This document shows positions 55,789 to 64,000 of a stretch of DNA of 64,000 nucleotides, in pieces (within the stretch, counting starts at the first letter, position 1; every line of letters begins with the position of its first letter). The position numbers and the translations under genes are program-made. This stretch comes from Dimorphilus gyrociliatus (lineage: Eukaryota > Animalia > Annelida). The stretch is from assembly GCA_904063045.1 (NCBI GenBank), contig CAJFCJ010000002.1, positions 1,510,422 through 1,574,421 on the forward strand, read 5' to 3'. Under the pieces are notes generated by a model. It was given only the letters and a program-made list of their open reading frames with translations, was not told the origin of the DNA and did not search any database.

Positions 55789-56847
55789 ACTCTATATATG
55801 TACATTTATATATATAGATATATATATATATATTTATATTTATATATATATATATATATTATATATTGCCCAATTTATCTCACATATATTATATATACTT
55901 ACAGCTTGCAAAGAAAAAAAATTTATATATGTATAAGGAGTATATAAAGTACTATAAACACATTTCTTACCTGTCGGAAAACAAAGGAGAATTTCTAATG
56001 AGTCGTGCCTCCGTCGCTGCGATCAATAGCAAACACTGTGGGCCACATACCCGCTGTTTGTCTATTTTCTGACTGGCTGCCGCAATACCTGAATATATTT
56101 ATACAAATACATATATTCATATATATATATATATATATATTTCTAAAAAATATGTATATATCTTTGTTATATAGTGTATTTAGACTACATTTATCTATCT
56201 TCTGTAGGACAGTAGTTGTAAAGCTTTTAATACGAACCAAGTATATTTAAATGGTTCTTGATTCGTCATATACACACTATATATGTAGATACATATATAC
56301 ATTTACACGTATATGTTGATATCAAGAATGGTATATCCGCAAATTAATGTGCATAAACAGCACATAACATAACATAATAATTTATAAAATATCTACTGTT
56401 TATACATTTGCATTTACAATGTTTTGTTACTGTGCTAACACAGTCTAATGCAAAAGGTGTTTTGTTTTTTCATCCTTATTTTTAGTTTTCGTTTCGATAG
56501 ACTTTAAAAAAGTAAAAAAAAAATGGGAAATTATGGATAGAACTGTAATTTTAATTAGCAAAAATATTAGTAATTTTTTTTTGAAAAAACAAGAAATGTT
56601 AATAAAAAAATATTTATTCATAAAGTTTTATTTGATTCAGCATTTAAAGAACAAAATTATCATTTATTAGATTAAGTCAATTATACATTCGTGAGTTAAT
56701 TTTTAATCTATTATAAACATTCAAATTAACTCGTTAGATGGCGCATTTTTCCAAAAAATCGGAAAAAAGTATTATAAAAAGACAAAAAAAAGAAAGTACA
56801 AAGAAGAGGGAAGCGACTATATAAAGTGCTTTATATATATATATTCC

Positions 56848-59800
56848 TCAATAGCGTTTCAAATGATTCTTATAAGTATTCCTGTAGAAATGTTGAAGTA
56901 TTGGACTGCTGTGCAAACCCAATTTTTGTAGGTCAATGGGGGACAATTTTGAAAACTTCTTTCCATCAATTTTCGCCTTTCTACACCTTTGAACCGTATT
57001 TTCAGGTATATTTAGTTCTCGGAAGACGTCCGTTAATTTCTTTACAGAGAAGTTGTATAAATCGCCGTCGGCAGGAATGTCTACAGGTCTTTTGGCTAAA
57101 TAAATACATAAATGTATAATACTGTATTGTTAAAGTGTAGAGATACTTATTAGAGTTATATATAGTTTTTTTACAATATAATTATATATTTAACTTTTTC
57201 ATTCATGCTTCATATGTAACTGTGTATAAACATATATAAACATATGTATACACTATACTGTATGTGCTTCTGCATTTTTTTCCTTTCATATACGACATCA
57301 CCTTAAGTAGCATGGTGTTTTGTTCTCTATAGATATAAAAGAAAAAGAGAACTTACCAGCTCTACGAGAGCCTTCAGCTGTTATGTACTTTCGTCTGTCA
57401 TTTAAAAGGTCGTAGGAGTTTACCTCATCGTCACTATCAAAGTCATTTCTTCCTGCAAAAACGCCATCTATCGCCTTTTAATTAAAACAAACGAAAAATG
57501 AACAAACAAATTTGTGAAACATACTGTTTGTCGATAGGTTACTAATAGATGATGCTTTCTTAATGTTACCGTCGTTAGCGATTTGAACCGGCATTAAAAC
57601 GTATCCGCTCTGTGACGCCGTGTCCGCCTTTCCATCAGATTCTGCCGGAAGTAGAAAGACGTCTGATGATGAGAAAGTTTTATTTAAAAAAAAGGTAGTT
57701 ACAAAAGATAAAAAATAAGGAATGAGAAAAGTATAGAAAGGAGAACGAAAGATTTACACAGTCAACAAAACAAGCATATTCTTTTTTTCAGCACCTTTCC
57801 TTTATAACAAAGATATACAATTTCCCTATTTCTTTCTCCTCTCTATCTCTGTCCTTGTTTTCCTTCTCTCACTCACTCATTCTTTCTCTCTCTCTCTGTC
57901 TCTGTCTCTGTCTCCACCCCATTTCCCTCACTCGCTCACTAAGTCATTTTACTTTATATCACTTTCTCCCTACCTCAATTTTCAATATCTTTCTCTCCTT
58001 CCCCTCCCTCCTTCGCATTCTTCCTCATTTATTTTACCCTTTTCCTTCCCCAGTATCTACAAAACACCTAACCAAAGAAAAAAAATACTAGTAAATCGAT
58101 TTAAATCGATTCGACCAAGTTAATAAAATAGCGAGTTTTGTTAGATCGTTTAAAACTAAATAAGTTTCGATTTACTATTTTTTAAAATTAATAGTTTACA
58201 AAATTACCTTTCATATTAAAATGGAAAAAGTATAGAGTGGTTTATATTCATATTAATATCCAGAAGATATTAAATAAACTGTGCTTATATTTCTAGTATA
58301 TAAGCTGGCTTATATCATATGTATTATAGTTTGTAATGATTATTCGCTATTGTAATATTTTATGTTATTTAATGTTATTTTTCAGTTTTTAGACGTGTAT
58401 ATATCTTTATACATTGAACAGTGTTTGAATAGATTTATGTGTGTTTTTATACCATACATACAATTTTACAGCAACAGATGCGATCAATGTCTGAACTTGT
58501 CACGACTTGCGGACATAAATTATGCAAAAAAAATATTCTTACTTTGAGCGGATCCGTTAGTTTGAGGAATGGATAGTGGGAGTAGGATTATACCATTCTG
58601 AGGTACGCCTATAGAAGAAGAGTATTATGATAATTATAATATTCCTTTATGACGCAGTCGCCCATAAATTTTATAAATGTATAGACACATTACGTTTACA
58701 TATGATATTTTTACTTTACCTGTTGGAAACTGAGGAACGCTATGCATTACTGAAGTTGTCCCATTTACATTTCCGTTTTGTTGAGAGGGATTTTCTGGTC
58801 AAAAAAGGTCAAAGTTCATTACAAAAAGTGTCGATTGATTAAGTCACCCGTTTTTAGATTGTAGAGCGTAATGTTATACAGTCTAGATAAAGCCTTACGA
58901 AATACTCCCTCCTCTTGCTCTACCTGACAAGCTAACCATTCCCGCCCCCCCGTTTGCTCTTGTCTACTTGCATATATGTACTGTGTATCTTTGTTTATCT
59001 TTATTTATGTTAAAAGAAAAGTAGAAAGGTCGCAACCTTCAGTTTCGTTTGTTAGAGTTGGCGTTGAAAATTCTGTGAAGGGAAATGATATATGAAAGAC
59101 GAATGAACTCATCAATTATTTAATTAACAAGGAAAGTTTATGCTTACTCGTTTCGTGTGACTCATTGTTCCTGACGTAGACTCTAGCTGTTCCGGGCAGA
59201 TTATCCCCTGCACGAAACGTAGCGCATTTTACTTAATGAGCTTATACTTTCGCATTCATATAAATTATATAAATATATACATATATACAGTATACTACTG
59301 TATATGCTTTACATTTATACAATTACTATATGAAATTCAGGCAATGTACAGTATATATACAGCATAAGCTATATAGAATTTGTACTCGGCACTAAATTTT
59401 TGTTTTTCTATACAGTATACTATTTACACTTTTATACTGTCTGTAGTATATGATATTCTTAATAAAATAAAGACTCAAACCGGAAGTTTGTTGCTTCCTA
59501 GCGTTCTTCTCAGCCAAAGTTTGTTGTTCGTAGTATTCGCTATTTAACCGAACTCGTTCGTGGACACTTTGTGGATTTTCTATTATTTTCCAAATGGAAA
59601 AAAAATGGAAAAAAAAACTATGAAAGAATGCGGTTAAGAAAATAAAAAAATTATATTTATGAAGAAAAAATCAATAGAAATCATATTTTGTTTATTTTTA
59701 TATAGAAAAAGCATACAAAAAAGCAGATCATGCTTGAATGTTGACCTTAAACTTCTTTTTCTTACATATTTTAATACTGTATATATATATATATAAAGTT

Positions 59801-60144
59801 TTTATAAAAAGATTGATATTAGAGTTTTAGCGAAACATGTAAAAAAAGTAAAGATTGGTCATATAATTTAGGCCTACCTGAACGCGGTGTATACGATCTG
59901 GTGTAGAACTGATCGAATTCAGCTGAAGGTTAATTATACGCGTGTTAGAGATTAGATTTTTGAAAATTTGTTACGAATTATTTTTGATAAAAAGAAAATT
60001 TTTTATTTGAAAGGCTAAAGAGGGACAGGGGAATGAGAAAGAAATGGAATCTGTGGGGGGGCAGGAGATAGAAAAGGGTGTTAAAGGTGGGCGCTTTGGA
60101 AAAGCGAATAAAAGATAAAATAGATATAAGGAAAAAGGATGTGT

Positions 60145-60188
<44 letters not shown>

Positions 60189-61427
60189 AAAACTATATCG
60201 AATATGGTATATATATGATTTGGAAAAATAGGAAAAAGTAACTAATCTTTTTATGTAATTACCGTCGAATAGTAAATCATTAAAAGATTTCGAAACCGGG
60301 TTCTTGGGCTTATACAGAGTTCCTGAATTGCCAGCAAACACCGATCCGTTGATTATCGATTCATTATCGAATGTAGTAGATGAGGTAGCTACGGATCTAT
60401 AAATAGAATTGAGAAAATAAAAACTTTAATCTTTTTACCAAGCCTTAATGCATATATGGAAAATATATAAACTTCAATACTATGTGGGATAATTATCTAA
60501 AAAGTCTATATATTCAAAGGTTTCATACCGAGAGAAATCGAAAACTAAATTATCGTCATAATCTCGAGTTTTTTTCAAACTCATAGAATCAAACGATTTA
60601 TTAGTTAGAAGAGCCTGAAAAGAATCGGCGTCTACTATTTCGGCACATCGATCCATCATAGACAATATGTTGGGCTTCTTTGTGAGTAGAGGACTTTCCG
60701 ATTTCGGAATAGATCTATATAATTCTAAGTATATGTTCGTCCTAATGGGTAGGTGAAAAGCCGGAGCTTCCGGATGATTCAAACTAATGTAAACTGCTGA
60801 GTCTACAAAGATACTATGTAGAACAATTGACTCGTTTAGAGGTAGATCGAAACGTTCATCTTTTTGATCGCTGCTCCTCATAACTAATTCTACGCAAATC
60901 GTCTGATCTTCGATGAAAGGTAGTAAATCCTTAATGCTGTAAACATTGTTGTAAGAACTATTCGTTTCTTCGAACACCGCTCTGGATGATATTGGCAGTT
61001 TAAAGTCTTTGGTCTTTCCAGTTTTAGGATCTATTTTCTCACATTTTATGTAAGGTTTCTTCGGTCTTTGCAATGTATCGATATGTTTAAATTTAATTAT
61101 ATCTCCAACAGATATAGGTAAGTCATTATCACTTATTCGTACAACTCTAACGAGATATTCTGGGTGGGATCTCAATAATGATTCTACACCTTCAAATATT
61201 TGAGGCTTAAACTTGAATTTTCCTTGATATGTTAATGGTATTGAAAAATATCTTGATTTAGTTGTACCCAATACCTTCGATTGCTTTGTCAATCCATGAA
61301 CAACCAATTTAGAACCGTCGTAAACACGGTGGTTAGATAAAATCGTTGATCCTAAATCAGTCTTGACAATTTGACAGTAAGCTGGAAAATGATTTCGATA
61401 ATCCCTTGCAAAATTGTTTAATAACAT
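56848..61427 (-). CDS. CABIT-domain + SAM-domain adaptor (GAREM/Themis family)
   Basis: Exon 61427-~60530: GSKLVVHG...YFSIPLTYQGKFK...FEGVESLL (CABIT). Internal exons at ~60270-60405, ~58717-58790, ~58545-58612, ~57525-57663 and ~57357-57452. Last exon DLYNFSVKKLTDVFRELNI...KIDGKKFSKLSPIDLQKLGL is SAM-like. A further 5' exon is possible. Confidence 0.75.
60150..60186. repeat. (GA)n microsatellite
   Basis: Directly visible; (CT)n tracts also at 29617-29637 and ~57883-57912. Confidence 0.9.
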
Positions 61428-64000
61428 CCTAAAAGTAGGCCTAGGTTATCCATCCAATGCTTTATAGAGGCGGCGGTATACTATATACTGACTTGCTATT
61501 TGTTCGATAGTGCGGATCGAACTGACAGCTTCTCAATACGTATTCAAATTCCATTCGTTTTAATGAATCATTCCGTATGGTTAGATTTTTATACAGTAGG
61601 ATTCGTAATTAATGTGTATTTTTTTGTTATTCTTCTCTCTGGCCTCAATTATGTCTTTTCCTAATTAGTAATAAAAGCACAGTTGCAGAGTTCTTTCTAT
61701 ATGGGACGTGCAATGAGCCAATTGTTCAAGCAAATCAATACTTGAATTCAGTAAGCGTTGGAAAATAAGAGCATTAATGAAATACCTGGCTCCATCTATA
61801 AGCTGACTTGTAAACGCCCTTTAAATTTTACGCCTGTTAGCTTCCGTATTCAAGCATATCTTTGTAAGGTGAAAGAGGATATCTTTCGTAGGTCATAAAT
61901 AGAAATGTAGCAAATGCATAAATATCTTTAAGTATAAAAAGTTTAACTAATTACGCCATCTGCCGCAATGCGTTTTAAAATAATGAAAAACAAAAAAAAA
62001 AGAGACGTGGGAGGAGAGGTAAGTAACAATCCTTCTCTCTGAAGAAAATTTAGATGAAAGGAAAACAATTGCCAACTTATTCGAATATAAAAAGAAAATT
62101 CCATACATATAAGCTTTTATTCGGACAAATGAGCATTTCTTATGAGATAATATCTAAAATAAACTGACTTGTTGTCTCTCTTTTTGTTCATACTCAATCA
62201 TATCTCTATATTAATATTTAAATAGGAGGATTGACATCATCACTATTATTTAAATATACCGTCTTCTATCAATAAACAATGTACAAATTAACTTTAAGTT
62301 TATACGTTTTATTACAAGTAATCTATTTCCGGTTTGTACAAAATAAACATGAAATTTGGATTGATGGTAATTCTATAACTTTCAACGGTAGCGAAACGAT
62401 TGAATTTGGCAGCGGTAGAGAGTTTTTTATAAGTCAATTTATCGATTACTTAATTAAAATTCTAAACCATCTTACAAAGATTTAAAGGAGAACGAACGGT
62501 GGATGAAAGCCAAACTCATTCGATTAGCTAATCAAGTTAAGAGAGATACCCTGCATTACGTAAGGAAACGGAGTAACGTTAATGGAACAGGCACTAAATC
62601 AAAGCCCGAAAGAGGAAATCACGTGAATGCCAGGAAAGGTGTTAAGAATGAATTTACTAAAACAGCAAATGGAGTCACGTATTTCCGGTATATGAAAAAA
62701 AGAAATAAATTAGTTTATTAAAGTAAATAGTGTTAATTAATTTAATGTATATAAATTATGTAACAATAGACTTCCAAAGAGTGTAAATATAGACCATCTG
62801 GATGCTAAAAATTTTCAATGGAATCAACAATTAAATTCTTATGTAATAGGTAGTTCTCACTTTGATACTTCTTTACCATCAGCTCTTTATTGGATTCCAG
62901 AAGAGGCTTTTCTTGAGTAAATAACCTTAAAAATTTGATAACGACCTCTTTTCCGATCTAGGCCTATTTATTTTTTTTCCTCTTAAACAGACATCCTATC
63001 CAGCGAAGAGAGAGTAAGAAGAATTTAGAAAAAATATACATTATTTTCTTAATAATTACTTCTAGCTTCGTTATTATTGTAAGATTCATTGTTTACTTGT
63101 AAATTTATTCGATATAAGCGTTACGCAACAGGTGATACTTCTCAAGTTTGTCTGTAAGAAATTAAACGAAAAGCGCAATTACTCATCTTGTTTGTAAGTG
63201 ATTAATAATCTAGACTTTTTAAAAGATAAGAATTATATTACTAACTTAGGAAAGAACATAGAATTGAACTTGGCGAGGATGAAGAAGAACAAAGAACGAA
63301 TGAGTTTATAATATCAAATAAATCGGAAAAAGTACCGTTAGTTAAAGAAGATTCTCTATTCTCTGATTGATTGTGTCTTTCGTTACTTAACTTTTCAATT
63401 ATTTGTTTATTTTCACTTTAAATCTATTCGAATTACTGATATAAGACTTCTGTAAAAAGTTTACTTTATCATTTATTGTTATCTCAATAGACATATACCG
63501 ATGAAACGTTTCGTATGGTTTCGTCTGTTCTCCGATAAACAGAATCGAACAAAGTTTTATAATACAATTGTATATAATAATACGGAAGAAAAAGGTGACT
63601 GGATTTTGAGATATAATAAACAGATTGGATTATTATTTTATAAATAATTAGTCGGTAGATAGTCGATTTAGATACTGAGAGAGAAAAACTTTGTAAAGGT
63701 CGAGATAAAAGGATGAAAGTGATGGAATAAAAAAAAACTGTTTTCAATATAAAAGCGACATCTAGTGTTGAAAGTGAGAGAAAACATTTAAAAAGTTGTG
63801 GGAGGGATTTTATTTTTCACTCCTACATCCGTAACATTTAGAATGACGTCAATGGGATATTTAAAACAGCAAAAGAAAAGAATCTATATTTTTAAAAACA
63901 TAGTTATGAATCGTACAATGAAAGTAAATAGGGCTGAGAGCGACGTTAAACAGTCAATTGGACGTTTAGAGAATACGTACAAATTGAAACCCGATAGCAA

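Noticed and set aside
52681-56250. Many Y/I-rich ORFs in the track (e.g. 52912-53433, 55592-55936)
   Set aside because: They are translations of (TA)n microsatellites, with no domain signal.
57327-57356. Apparent 30-nt GT-AG intron in the CABIT gene
   Set aside because: It is shorter than other introns here, is itself an open in-frame stretch, and an alternative downstream acceptor also restores the frame. It cannot be supported without reads.
58094-58111. Perfect 18-bp palindrome AATCGATTTAAATCGATT
   Set aside because: Isolated and AT-rich, with no flanking TIR or TSD; plausibly chance or a single factor site.

Overview
Eukaryotic (animal) genomic DNA, AT-rich and very compact, with many GT-AG introns of about 50-100 nt. 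There are no prokaryotic features such as CRISPR arrays, operons or IS elements. The style and gene content suggest a miniaturised lophotrochozoan genome such as the annelid Dimorphilus; this is inference and was not checked. I reconstructed about 22 protein-coding genes by hand-splicing, so some exon boundaries are approximate. In order: VPS26C (partial), SSNA1, ELOF1, COPS5, OTUD4/ALG13-like, a secreted serine beta-lactamase-family protein, a mucin-like type I membrane protein, TMEM267, RUNDC1, ZMYND10, PRIMPOL, a laccase-like oxidase, an Mcr-like TEP, a GAL3ST-like sulfotransferase, a divergent PLK4, DPH5, a hidden 88-aa membrane microprotein, a hairy/HES bHLH, an LRR protein, a head-to-head pair of orphan 7TM receptors, a degenerate NCS-1-like protein, NOL4-like, and a CABIT-SAM (GAREM-like) adaptor. 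The most notable features are: (1) the orphan GPCR pair next to an EF-hand-dead NCS protein; (2) a PLK4 lacking PB3 and the activation-loop Thr; (3) the spliced microprotein missed by the ORF track; (4) recurrent TA-CAG-TA motifs in TA runs that resemble Tc1/mariner excision footprints. No rRNA or tRNA gene was recognised.
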